39,739 bases of DNA from an uncultured bacterium (GTDB lineage: Bacteria > Hydrogenedentota > Hydrogenedentia > Hydrogenedentales > JAEUWI01), in assembly GCA_963977445.1 (NCBI GenBank), contig CAXBPH010000027.1, forward strand, positions 1 to 39,739, given 5' to 3'. The notes beneath the pieces are model-generated. The model was not told the origin of the DNA. It did no database searches and was given only the letters and a program-made list of their open reading frames with translations. The position numbers were made by a program, and so were the translations under genes. Numbering within the stretch: the first letter of the stretch is position 1; every line of letters starts with the position of its first letter. Below are positions 1 to 8,744 of this stretch, piece after piece.

Positions 1-2
1 AA

Positions 3-797
3 ATTCGTGAAATCCACATCGTTGCAAGGCGCGGGGTAACCCAGGCCGCCTGCACGCCGCTGGAACTCAAGGAAATGAACGCTCTCGATGACTGCCGTCC
101 GTTGGTCAATCCAGATGACCTGGTGCTGACACCCCTGAGTGAGGAAGAGCTTTCGGATCGGAATCGCAATCGGAACGTGGAGTTGCTGACGGAGTACGCG
201 TCCGCCCCGTTTCGTGAGACCCGACGGTCCATGCATTTTCACTTTCTTCGCAGTCCCATCGACATTAAGGGCGATGGGCATGTGGCGTCCATACTGCTTG
301 AGAAAAACCGCCTTGTTGGCACCGAGCCCTTCCAGCAATGGGCCGAGAGCACGGGTGAAGTTATTGATCTCCCCTGCAACCTCGTCTTCCGCAGCATCGG
401 ATACCGTGGAATCCCCATGCCCCATGTTCCTTTTGACGAGCGGAAGGGGATTATTCCCAACGAAGCGGGGCGGGTCGTGGAAAACGGAGCGGTCGTGCCC
501 GGACTTTACGCTGTGGGATGGATAAAACGGGGACCATCGGGCATCATCGGCACCAACAAACCGGATAGCTACGAAACGTCTGATCGGCTCTTGGAAGATG
601 TCGCAACGCTGGTGCCCTGTCCCAATCGGGATCCCGAGGGCATTGAGCGACTTCTCAAAGAGAAGCAGGTCACAACGATTTCATTGGTGGATTGGCATGC
701 CATTGCTGCCGCTGAAATCGCCCGTGGCGAAGCCGTGGGTAAACCCCGAGAGCGCTTCACCCGTATTGACGAAATGTTGCGTGTCGTCGAAAACTGA
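3..797 (+). CDS. Ferredoxin/flavodoxin-NADP+ reductase, FprA/adrenodoxin reductase family (5'-truncated by window edge)
   Basis: Frame is open from base 3 (IREIHIVARRGVTQAACTPLELKEM). Family motifs HFHFLRSP, LVFRSIGYRG, GLYAVGWIKRGPSGIIGTN and C-terminal GKPRERF are present. Confidence 0.9.
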   Translation: MREIHIVARRGVTQAACTPLELKEMNALDDCRPLVNPDDLVLTPLSEEELSDRNRNRNVELLTEYASAPFRETRRSMHFHFLRSPIDIKGDGHVASILLEKNRLVGTEPFQQWAESTGEVIDLPCNLVFRSIGYRGIPMPHVPFDERKGIIPNEAGRVVENGAVVPGLYAVGWIKRGPSGIIGTNKPDSYETSDRLLEDVATLVPCPNRDPEGIERLLKEKQVTTISLVDWHAIAAAEIARGEAVGKPRERFTRIDEMLRVVEN

Positions 798-798
798 C

Positions 799-1221
799 CT
801 ATTGCATGTGGTAGAGCATGACATAGATGATAACGCCGGTAACGCTCACATACATCCATACCGGCCATAGCCAACGCACGATCTTCACGTGGCGGTCAAA
901 CTGCTGCCGCAGAGCAAACCAGACCGCAGCCAGAATGAAGGGCACCATAATTACGGCCAACGGCACGTGGGTCGCCAGAATGGTGTAGTAAAAGTACCGC
1001 AACGCGCCTTCACGCTCAAACTTTGTCATGGCACCGGCATTGTAGTGGTAGTAGAGATAACAGGCGAGAAAAACCGCTGAGCTGGCCAGAGCGGCACCCA
1101 TGAACTTCTTGTGCAGCTCGGGATTTTTCTTTACCTTGATGGCCCACCATCCCCCAAGAAGCAACAGGGTAGCGCACCCATTGAGGAAGGCGTTAATCGG
1201 TGGTAAGTTTTCTACACCCAT
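799..1221 (-). CDS. DUF420 (CtaM-like) membrane protein, oxidase assembly
   Basis: 140 aa, about 4 TM helices, motifs LPPINAFLN, HKKFM, ILATH, WMYVSVTGV. Last gene of the cta cluster. Confidence 0.85.
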   Translation of the reverse strand: MGVENLPPINAFLNGCATLLLLGGWWAIKVKKNPELHKKFMGAALASSAVFLACYLYYHYNAGAMTKFEREGALRYFYYTILATHVPLAVIMVPFILAAVWFALRQQFDRHVKIVRWLWPVWMYVSVTGVIIYVMLYHMQ

Positions 1222-1227
1222 GACGTA

Positions 1228-1830
1228 CTACTCCTTGATAAGTTGGTGAACAGCCGCCACCAAGGCGTCAATCTCTGCCTCATCGGTGCCCGTGTAATAC
1301 CCACGGACCTGGCCTGATTTATCGACCAGACAGAACTTTGTGCTGTGAATAACCGGGTCGTCTATAGAGCCAACCTTGAAACCCTCAACGGCCAGGGCCT
1401 GTATTTCTTCCGGGGTGCCTGTCAGGAAATCCCAACGGGCCGGGTCGGCTCCAAACTTTGCCCCATAGGCCGAAAGCACGGCGGGCGTATCGGTTTCCGG
1501 GTCAACCGAAATGGAAACGAAGCGCACGTCCGAATAGAGTGCCAGTCGCTCGGCCAGGGCGGCCATACTCCGGGTCATCTCAGGGCACGGTCCCGCACAG
1601 GACGTAAAGATGAAGTCGGTAATCCACACGTTCCCCAGGAGGCTCTCCCGGTTGAGCGGCTCATCTTTGTCACTCTGTAAGGCGAAAGGCGGCAGCGGAT
1701 AGAGTACCGGCAGTGCTTCCGATTCTCCCTGGGCTTTGGTGGCACCAGATAGGACGAAAAGCGCCATCAAGCTGGCATTGAGAAGTACGAAGAGGGATAT
1801 TCCCGTAATCAGTAAGGCTTTGAAACTCAT
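1228..1830 (-). CDS. SCO1/SenC family copper chaperone
   Basis: N-terminal hydrophobic anchor, FIFTSCAGPCP (CxxxC), ISVDPETDTP and conserved His in HSTKFCLVD. Confidence 0.95.
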   Translation of the reverse strand: MSFKALLITGISLFVLLNASLMALFVLSGATKAQGESEALPVLYPLPPFALQSDKDEPLNRESLLGNVWITDFIFTSCAGPCPEMTRSMAALAERLALYSDVRFVSISVDPETDTPAVLSAYGAKFGADPARWDFLTGTPEEIQALAVEGFKVGSIDDPVIHSTKFCLVDKSGQVRGYYTGTDEAEIDALVAAVHQLIKE

Positions 1831-1876
1831 GTTTTCTACTCCGTAGAGACGCCACGGGAGCCTTGGGGGGAAGGCA

Positions 1877-2755
1877 TCAATAAAAGTAGGCGTCGACGAC
1901 GATGAACACCAAAATAAATACCCAATAGAAAAGCGAATAAAGAAAGACTGTTTTCGCCGCTTTGGTCGTCTTTTTTATGCGCCAGTTCACACATACGGCA
2001 ACAAAAATCAGACCCAGCAAAAGGGCACCTACAAAATAAATGGTTCCGGACATTTGAACGAACGTAGGCCACAGGCTGATGGGCACCAGCAGAATCACCG
2101 TCGCCAGACTATGCCGAAAGGTGCTCTTGCCGTCGGGATCCACCACGGGCAGCATTTTGAAACCGCCCTTTTCGTAGTCTTCCCGATACATCCAGGCCAG
2201 CGCGTAAAAATGGGGATGCTGCCACAGAAAAAGAATAGCAAAGAGTATCCAGGCACCGGCATCAATCCGCCCAGTGGCAGCAGCCCAACCAATGACAGGA
2301 GGTATCGCACCCGGAATCGCACCCACGGGTGTATTGACCCAGGAGTAACGTTTCAATGGGGTATACACGGCCACATAGAGCACGGCGGTAAGAAAAACGA
2401 GGCCCGCCGTGAGACCATTGACGGTCAGGGCGAGGAGTACGGTGCCCGCAATGATTAATACCGGACCGAGAATCAACGCGGCGAGGGGAGGAACCGCGCC
2501 GGAGGGCAGGGGCCGGTTCCGGGTACGATCCATTCGGGCATCAACGTCGCGCTCGAAATAATGATTGAGAACAAATGCGCCGGCAGAGCCAAGGGCCGTA
2601 CCCACGAGTGTAAGGGTAAGCAGACCCCAGCGCGTCACACCATCGCCGCCCAAGGCGAATCCAATCACCGTAGTCACCAGGACGAGACGTATGATCCCCG
2701 GTTTGGTAAGTTCCAGGTAGGATGCTGCTTTCGATTTAGTCATGGACTCCCCCAC
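1877..2755 (-). CDS. ctaB: Heme O synthase (protoheme IX farnesyltransferase)
   Basis: LTKPGI, ERDVDARMDRTRNRPLPSG, YTPLKR, GAIPGAIPPVIGW, WQHPHF and EDYEKGG motifs. Confidence 0.97.
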   Translation of the reverse strand: MGESMTKSKAASYLELTKPGIIRLVLVTTVIGFALGGDGVTRWGLLTLTLVGTALGSAGAFVLNHYFERDVDARMDRTRNRPLPSGAVPPLAALILGPVLIIAGTVLLALTVNGLTAGLVFLTAVLYVAVYTPLKRYSWVNTPVGAIPGAIPPVIGWAAATGRIDAGAWILFAILFLWQHPHFYALAWMYREDYEKGGFKMLPVVDPDGKSTFRHSLATVILLVPISLWPTFVQMSGTIYFVGALLLGLIFVAVCVNWRIKKTTKAAKTVFLYSLFYWVFILVFIVVDAYFY

Positions 2756-2758
2756 TAT

Positions 2759-3874
2759 TCAGGAATGCCCGGGGTCAAATGACCCAGAACGCCCTTCGGC
2801 GGGTGAAGGGGCCGTCTCGGTGACCGTTACCGGCCAGGCGCGCAGGGCAAGAAGGGTGCTCAATCCCAATACACCGGCCCCGGTAACCACGTGCGCACTG
2901 GTGATATAGGGATGCTTCACGGTCCAGATGGTTACGGCACCGAGGGTCACTTGGAAAATAACAAGTAAACTCAGGTAGATCATAGTTCTCCATTGCTCGG
3001 GATGACTTTGTCGCCGACGGAACGCGCTCCAGGTTAGTCCGAAAATCAACAGGGACACCACCAGCGCACCACCCCGATGGGCAAGATGAATCGCGATTTG
3101 TCCGGCGGTCACATCGGGCAATATGGCACCGAGGCTGTCGGTATGGTCAAAACGCCAGCTATTTACCCAGGCAACCGTTTCTTCATCCACCGACGGAATT
3201 ATTTTACCCGCAGTGGTCGGAAAATCGGGCACCGCGAGGCCGGATTCGGTATGCCGCATGAGCGCGCCCAAGAAAAGCTGGGTGTACACGGCAACGATCA
3301 GCACCAGGGCGCCCATCTTCAGGGCAGTACGTATTTCCGGGGCACCGTTCGCCGCCCGCTCTACCCGCCGGGCCCGTTCGCCCGAAAGGCCGTAGCAGAT
3401 GATGATGGTAATAAGAAAAAAGGTCTGGGCCAATACGGCGTGAGCACTCGAAATGAGGACGGGAAGTTGATACCAGACCGTCATACCGCCCAGAAAGGCC
3501 TGCAGGAGTACCGTGAAAACAGCGCCGGCACCCAAGGCCACCATCCAGACCCGATCGTCTTTGAAATAAAGCAGGATTGCCAGGATAACGGTCAGAATTG
3601 CCACACCACCGGCAAAGAGCCGATGGAAATGCTCATGGAATATGCCGCCGGTCCATTTTGAGACCCCGAAAGTAACCGGATTCTCGCCATAGGTCAAGGG
3701 CCAATCGGGCACCGAAAGGCCGGCCTCGTGACTTTTTACCTGGCCGCCGAGAAAAATGAGGCAAAAAGTCGCCAGACAAAGCACCAGGGCTATGTTTCTC
3801 AGCCAACGAGGACTTGAGGTAGGTTGCGTATTTGTCGCGCCAGACATGCTACAAGTACCTTGTGAGTGGGTCAT
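2759..3874 (-). CDS. ctaA: Heme A synthase (COX15/CtaA family); start may be ATG at 3847
   Basis: 8-TM pattern with GLSVPDWP, EHFHR, HAVLA, HLAHR and HVVTG histidine motifs, directly upstream of ctaB. Confidence 0.9.
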   Translation of the reverse strand: MTHSQGTCSMSGATNTQPTSSPRWLRNIALVLCLATFCLIFLGGQVKSHEAGLSVPDWPLTYGENPVTFGVSKWTGGIFHEHFHRLFAGGVAILTVILAILLYFKDDRVWMVALGAGAVFTVLLQAFLGGMTVWYQLPVLISSAHAVLAQTFFLITIIICYGLSGERARRVERAANGAPEIRTALKMGALVLIVAVYTQLFLGALMRHTESGLAVPDFPTTAGKIIPSVDEETVAWVNSWRFDHTDSLGAILPDVTAGQIAIHLAHRGGALVVSLLIFGLTWSAFRRRQSHPEQWRTMIYLSLLVIFQVTLGAVTIWTVKHPYITSAHVVTGAGVLGLSTLLALRAWPVTVTETAPSPAEGRSGSFDPGHS

Positions 3875-4115
3875 GGTTCACGTTGCGGCCCAAAAGAAGC
3901 AGGCCACCATGGATGGGGCAAATCGCTGCCCAAGGCATCCAGGAAAGGATAGGGGTAACTGGGGGCCTATCATAGCGCGAATCGACCTGACCGTGCAACG
4001 CGGAACCGCCAGTTCCCTTCGAATCCAGTTGCTCTGGTCGCAGGTCGCAAATTCGGCGACATACGACGGGGGGAGCCCGAAAGTCCTGTATTCGTGATGC
4101 AGGGCGGTTACGAAT

Positions 4116-4145
4116 TTGACACGAAAACCTTGGAGGCGCTAGACT
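4116..4145 (+). promoter_or_regulatory. Candidate sigma-70 promoter for the EIIA-CBS/permease operon
   Basis: TTGACA (4116-4121), 18-nt spacer, TAGACT (4140-4145). A second -10-like TACAAT lies at 4217-4222. Confidence 0.5.
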
Positions 4146-4241
4146 CCGGCCCCATGGTTCATATCAACCGCGAATCATGACTTCCCGACATCTCGTCTCT
4201 CTTGGTTTTTTCGCTCTACAATACTCCAAGGCCCAACGCCC

Positions 4242-5165
4242 ATGATGTATCTGCCCGATTTACTCTCCCCACCCTTTATTCGTGTCCATATCGCCGCGAA
4301 GGACAAATGGTCTCTTCTCGACGAGCTTTCGTCTCTGTTGGCACTGGCCAAACCCGTAGCAAAAGGCGTGACGCTGGATAAGGACGCTATCCTGGATGCC
4401 GTGGTGGCCCGGGAGAACGAACGGACCTCGGCCCTCGGTCAGGGCTGTGCCCTCCCTCACGCCCGCATCGAAGGGCTGGAAAAGCCGGTAGCGTGCCTTG
4501 CTACCCTCACCCCTGGCATGGACTTTGATGCGGCAGACCACGAACCTGTCCGCATAATTTGCCTGTTGCTGGCCCCCTTAGAAGATCCTGCGGCGACGCT
4601 GAATATCATGGCGGAAGTCGCGGGCCTCATGTCGCAACAGAGTAACCGGGAAGCCGTGGAAGCGGCAGAAAACCCGGAGATGCTCTACGACTTCCTGAAG
4701 AGTATGGACCCCGATACGGGTCGTGTCTTGACGGCGCGAAACATTATGCGCAAGCCCTACTACACGGTTCATCCGGACACCCCCCTTTCGGAGGTGACCC
4801 GTCTGCTACAGTCCCACCACCTCGAGGCGACGAGCGTCATCGATCACGATGGGCACCTGGTCGGACAAATTTCCTGCGACTTGCTCTTCAGTTACGGGCT
4901 TCCCGATTTCTTCGGTCAGTTGAAGAGCGTGGCCTTTGTAAAGAAGTTTGACCCCTTTGAAAACTATTTCAAAGGATTGAAAGCGGGCCTCGCCGCAGAC
5001 GTGATGAGCCAGGACTACGCAGCCATGCCGGAGGACGCGACCTTACTTGAAGTTATCTTTGAGTTGTCGGTTCGCCGTCACCCGAAAGTCTACGTGGTTC
5101 GTGATGGCAAACTTATTGGTGTAATCGATCGCATTGCGGTTCTCAACCGCGTTCTCAACTATTAG
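4242..5165 (+). CDS. PTS EIIA (Fru/Mtl/Ntr-type) domain fused to a CBS-domain pair
   Basis: N-half has REnerTSALGQGCALPHARIEG with the phospho-accepting His and FDAADHEPVRII. C-half has two CBS repeats (ARNIMRKPYYTVHPDTPL, AADVMSQDY...VVRDGKLIGVIDR). Confidence 0.9.
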   Translation: MMYLPDLLSPPFIRVHIAAKDKWSLLDELSSLLALAKPVAKGVTLDKDAILDAVVARENERTSALGQGCALPHARIEGLEKPVACLATLTPGMDFDAADHEPVRIICLLLAPLEDPAATLNIMAEVAGLMSQQSNREAVEAAENPEMLYDFLKSMDPDTGRVLTARNIMRKPYYTVHPDTPLSEVTRLLQSHHLEATSVIDHDGHLVGQISCDLLFSYGLPDFFGQLKSVAFVKKFDPFENYFKGLKAGLAADVMSQDYAAMPEDATLLEVIFELSVRRHPKVYVVRDGKLIGVIDRIAVLNRVLNY

Positions 5166-5174
5166 GCTCTCGGC

Positions 5175-6476
5175 ATGATTCTCTCCCTCATTATTTTTCT
5201 GGCTGTGTATGTGCTCATTGCCTTTGAGCTCGTGGACAAGACGGCCGCCGCCCTGTTGGGCGCTTCTGCGGTTATCCTCCTTCACCTGGTCCCCTACGAG
5301 GTGGCTGTGGAAAGCGTGGATATGAATGTCCTGTTTCTCCTGATAGGCATGATGATTGTCATGAGTATCCTTTCAGAAACCGGATTTCTTGAATGGCTCG
5401 CCATTGCCATTGCCCAGCGGGCCAAGGGCAATGCGAAGAAAATCGTCATCGAGTTTCTCCTCGTAACCGCCGTATTGTCTGCTGTGTTGGATAACGTAAC
5501 CACCGTTATTCTCATTGCTCCCATCACCATCCTCATTACTCAATTGCTGGAAGTGAAGACGGCACCCATTCTTGTCATGCTGGCCATATTCTCCAATATT
5601 GGCGGCACAGCGACCCTCATCGGCGATCCACCCAACATCATCATTGGCTCGGCAACGGCGCTGAGCTTCAACGATTTCATCACCAATCTGGGGCCCATTG
5701 TGGTGGTGATCACCATCCTTTGTCTCGGGCTAACCCGCATAAAGCTCGGTTCGTCCCTGGATACCACGGAAGAAGCGCGCCGCCGGGTTATGATGGCGGA
5801 ACCGAGCCTGGCGATTCTCGATCACGGACTTCTCAAAAAGTGTCTGGCCGTGCTGGCGCTCATCCTGTTGGGATTCTTCACGAGCCGTCTCACCGGTTTC
5901 GAGCCCGGCATCGTGGCACTGGCCGGAGCCGTGCTCATGATGATCGTCTGTAAAATTGACGTTCATACGGCCCTTCACAAGGTCGAATGGGGCACCATAC
6001 TCTTCTTCATCGGCCTGTTCATGCTCATCAGCTCCCTGGAGTACAATGGCCTCTTCGAAAAGTCGGGTGAGTTTCTTGTTGGTGCGACAAAGGGCAACTT
6101 GCTGGCCACGGCGCTGGTTATTCTTTGGACCGGCGCTATCGCCTCGGCCATCGTCGACAACATCCCCCTCGTGATTGCCATGCTGCCGCTGATTGGCACG
6201 ATGATTCCGACCTTCGCATCCCAAATGGGCATCAGCGATGATCCCGAACTCGTTCACACAACCATCGCCGCCCCCCTCTACTGGGCCCTTGCGCTGGGGG
6301 CCTGCCTCGGCGGTAACGGAACCCTAATCGGTGCATCCGCCAACGTGGTCATTGCCCAGGTCGGCAAACGAAATAATTGCCCCATCAGCTTTATGGAATT
6401 TACCCGCGCTGGCTTTCCGGTGATGATTTTCACCTCCGCCATATCGAGTGTGTACCTGTACTTCCGGTATTTCTGA
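5175..6476 (+). CDS. ArsB/NhaD/SLC13 (ion transporter superfamily) permease
   Basis: About 12 TM helices with SAVLDNVTT, SNIGGTATLIGDPPN, SAIVDNIP and LGGNGTLIGASAN signatures. Confidence 0.92.
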   Translation: MILSLIIFLAVYVLIAFELVDKTAAALLGASAVILLHLVPYEVAVESVDMNVLFLLIGMMIVMSILSETGFLEWLAIAIAQRAKGNAKKIVIEFLLVTAVLSAVLDNVTTVILIAPITILITQLLEVKTAPILVMLAIFSNIGGTATLIGDPPNIIIGSATALSFNDFITNLGPIVVVITILCLGLTRIKLGSSLDTTEEARRRVMMAEPSLAILDHGLLKKCLAVLALILLGFFTSRLTGFEPGIVALAGAVLMMIVCKIDVHTALHKVEWGTILFFIGLFMLISSLEYNGLFEKSGEFLVGATKGNLLATALVILWTGAIASAIVDNIPLVIAMLPLIGTMIPTFASQMGISDDPELVHTTIAAPLYWALALGACLGGNGTLIGASANVVIAQVGKRNNCPISFMEFTRAGFPVMIFTSAISSVYLYFRYF

Positions 6477-6510
6477 GCCGATTCCACCGGCAAGCGAACC
6501 ACCAATACAC

Positions 6511-6545
6511 AATGGACAAGTCTGTAAAGGACTTGTCCATTTTTT
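6511..6545 (+). terminator. Intrinsic terminator after the permease
   Basis: AATGGACAAGTC, loop TGTAAAG, GACTTGTCCATT (12-bp stem), running into a T tract. Confidence 0.75.
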
Positions 6546-6582
6546 GTGCCCGGGCGAGTTCACCGGTGACCTCCCGGCGCCC

Positions 6583-7734
6583 CTACCAGCCCGTTACCCG
6601 AGCCCACTCGTCGGTAACCTTACCTGCCCCATCGATAACGTGGTATCGATCGTGACTGCCAATGGTATGGCAGACATGGTTGGGAAATACCCGCACCAAT
6701 GTCCCAAGGGGGAAGTCATCGAAGGGAAATGGACGATCGCCATCGGCGCACTGGACAAAGCCGTGTTCCTGGTTCACATTGAAGACACCCAGCCCTTCAA
6801 TGGGGCTTCCCGTTTCCTGATCGCGCAACAGGCCATAGGGCGCGTAAGGACCTGATGGCGGTCGGATTCCCGGGTCGTTGGAGAGGGCAAGGGCACCCGC
6901 GTCGATATAGGCGCGATTTTCCCGATGATTGTGGGCAATTACCCGTGCCAGGACGGTTACGGCAATATCGGTGTAGTCGCATACCTTCAGTTTGACCTGC
7001 ATGAGATCCATAAAGACGTAGACGCCCGGACGTATCTCATTGACCCCTTCGAGAGACGTGCCAAAGGTACGTGTGGGGGTGGAGCCAATGCTGACCGTGG
7101 GGCATTTCCATCCCCCGGCACGAATGCGAACCGCTGCATCGACAGCCGATATGCGCTCCGCTTCGGCGGCAATCCGGGTGTCTTCGATAGCATCGGCAAT
7201 ATAGCCCTTACCACCAAAGGCCAAGGTTCCCCGCAATGTCAGTTTTGGTGCACCGTGCACAAGCCGAGCCGCCTCCAAAACCTCCCCATCCCCCGGCGCG
7301 AAACCGGTGCGGTGGGTCCCACTATCCATCTCAAGGAAAAGCTCCAGCGGCTGGGCCAGACAGTCTTGTGCCGACGCCAGTAATTGAGCGCCTGCCACAC
7401 TATCGAGGACGGCCGACATACGAACGCCCTGCTCCTGAAGTTTACTGACGCGGGGTAATTTTGATGGCTCAATATTTACCGTATAGAGGATATCGGTAAA
7501 GCCATGGGCCGCGAAGTATTCTGCTTCCTTCAACGTGGCTACGGCAATGGCACCGCTGTGGGGCGCCGTGGCACGTTGGGCCACTTCGATACACTTGGCC
7601 GTCTTGCAATGGGGTCGCAGGTCAACACCGCCATCCAGAGCGCGCTGACTCATGCGCGTGAGATTGCGGTCCAACGCTTTTTCCTCCAAAATGAGGCATG
7701 GGGTGGACAGATGGTTCAAGTGTGATGGGTGCAT
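6583..7734 (-). CDS. Fold-type III PLP enzyme, DSD1/D-threonine aldolase family (D-amino acid dehydratase-like)
   Basis: LRPHCKTAK (PLP Lys), SIGSTPT, EIRPGVYVFMD, IDAG, QEHG and PNHVC motifs. RBS GAGGAGG precedes the ATG. Confidence 0.9.
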   Translation of the reverse strand: MHPSHLNHLSTPCLILEEKALDRNLTRMSQRALDGGVDLRPHCKTAKCIEVAQRATAPHSGAIAVATLKEAEYFAAHGFTDILYTVNIEPSKLPRVSKLQEQGVRMSAVLDSVAGAQLLASAQDCLAQPLELFLEMDSGTHRTGFAPGDGEVLEAARLVHGAPKLTLRGTLAFGGKGYIADAIEDTRIAAEAERISAVDAAVRIRAGGWKCPTVSIGSTPTRTFGTSLEGVNEIRPGVYVFMDLMQVKLKVCDYTDIAVTVLARVIAHNHRENRAYIDAGALALSNDPGIRPPSGPYAPYGLLRDQETGSPIEGLGVFNVNQEHGFVQCADGDRPFPFDDFPLGTLVRVFPNHVCHTIGSHDRYHVIDGAGKVTDEWARVTGW

Positions 7735-7916
7735 GTATACCTCCTCGAAATAACGGCTGATGTATCCTGCCGTTGGCGCGGCAGCCCCGCCATGGTATCA
7801 AATATTTTCGGTGCACAGGCGCATTGTCTCTTCAGGCGTGCTTTCAACATGTGTTATGCTTTGCCTACGGGGATACTGAACGCCCCCTGACCTGCACGCA
7901 TTTCGGTGGAACAACG

Positions 7917-8675
7917 ATGAACCTTACGACACGCCCATTCCTCAAATCAGTTTCCGGTATCCTGTTGACCCTCATTGCGTTGCCCTTCAACCGGGCCAAC
8001 GCGGAAAACACCGCAGTCATACCATTTCAGGGCGAAGGTGAAAACCGCATGACACGGCACGCCGCCATGAATGCCCGCGTACAGCAGGGGAACGTCGACT
8101 TGCTCTACATCGGCGATTCCATTGTGGAAAACTGGGAAGAGCCGGGCCTGGCCGTCTGGAATCACTACTACGCGCACCGGAACGCCGTGAATCTGGGCAC
8201 GGGCGGCGACCGGACGGAACATGTGCTGTGGCGCCTTCAGCATGGAAATATTGAGGGAATATCGCCCAAACTCGCTATCGTCATGATTGGCCAGAACAAT
8301 GGCACCCACAACACGGGGGACGAGATAGGGGCCGGTGTTACCGCCATCGTGGAATTGCTCCGGGAGAAGCTCCCAACGACGAAGTTACTACTCCTGGCTA
8401 TCTTTCCCCGGCGGGAAAAACCAACCGAAGAGCGTGCCGTTCTGGCCCGTGCCAATGCAATCATCTCCGCTTTGGCAGACGACAAGAATATCTTTTATAT
8501 GGACGTCAACCATCTTTTTCTTCGGGCCGATGGGTCCATACCGGCGTCCCTGCTACCCGACTTCGAACATCCCAACGCGGAAGGCCATCGCCTTTGGGCC
8601 GAAGCCATTGAACCCATGGTCGCCAAACTCATGGGCGACACCCCCGTCGCGCCCATGCCTTCTCTGGCAAAATAG
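7917..8675 (+). CDS. Secreted SGNH/GDSL esterase, PAF-acetylhydrolase Ib-like
   Basis: Signal-peptide-like N-terminus from ATG 7917. Catalytic blocks IGDSI, GTGGDRT, IGQNN and DFEHP. Confidence 0.9.
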   Translation: MNLTTRPFLKSVSGILLTLIALPFNRANAENTAVIPFQGEGENRMTRHAAMNARVQQGNVDLLYIGDSIVENWEEPGLAVWNHYYAHRNAVNLGTGGDRTEHVLWRLQHGNIEGISPKLAIVMIGQNNGTHNTGDEIGAGVTAIVELLREKLPTTKLLLLAIFPRREKPTEERAVLARANAIISALADDKNIFYMDVNHLFLRADGSIPASLLPDFEHPNAEGHRLWAEAIEPMVAKLMGDTPVAPMPSLAK

Positions 8676-8744
8676 ACAATACAACCAGAAGTTACCCGGT
8701 GATTGGGAAGTATCGTCCACGCAAGGTTGTGCGAGCACGATCTC

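Noticed and set aside
3875..4241. Riboswitch (c-di-AMP, c-di-GMP or fluoride) in the intergenic region before the EIIA-CBS/permease operon
   Set aside because: I could not find the conserved motifs of these families by eye. An Infernal/Rfam scan would be decisive.
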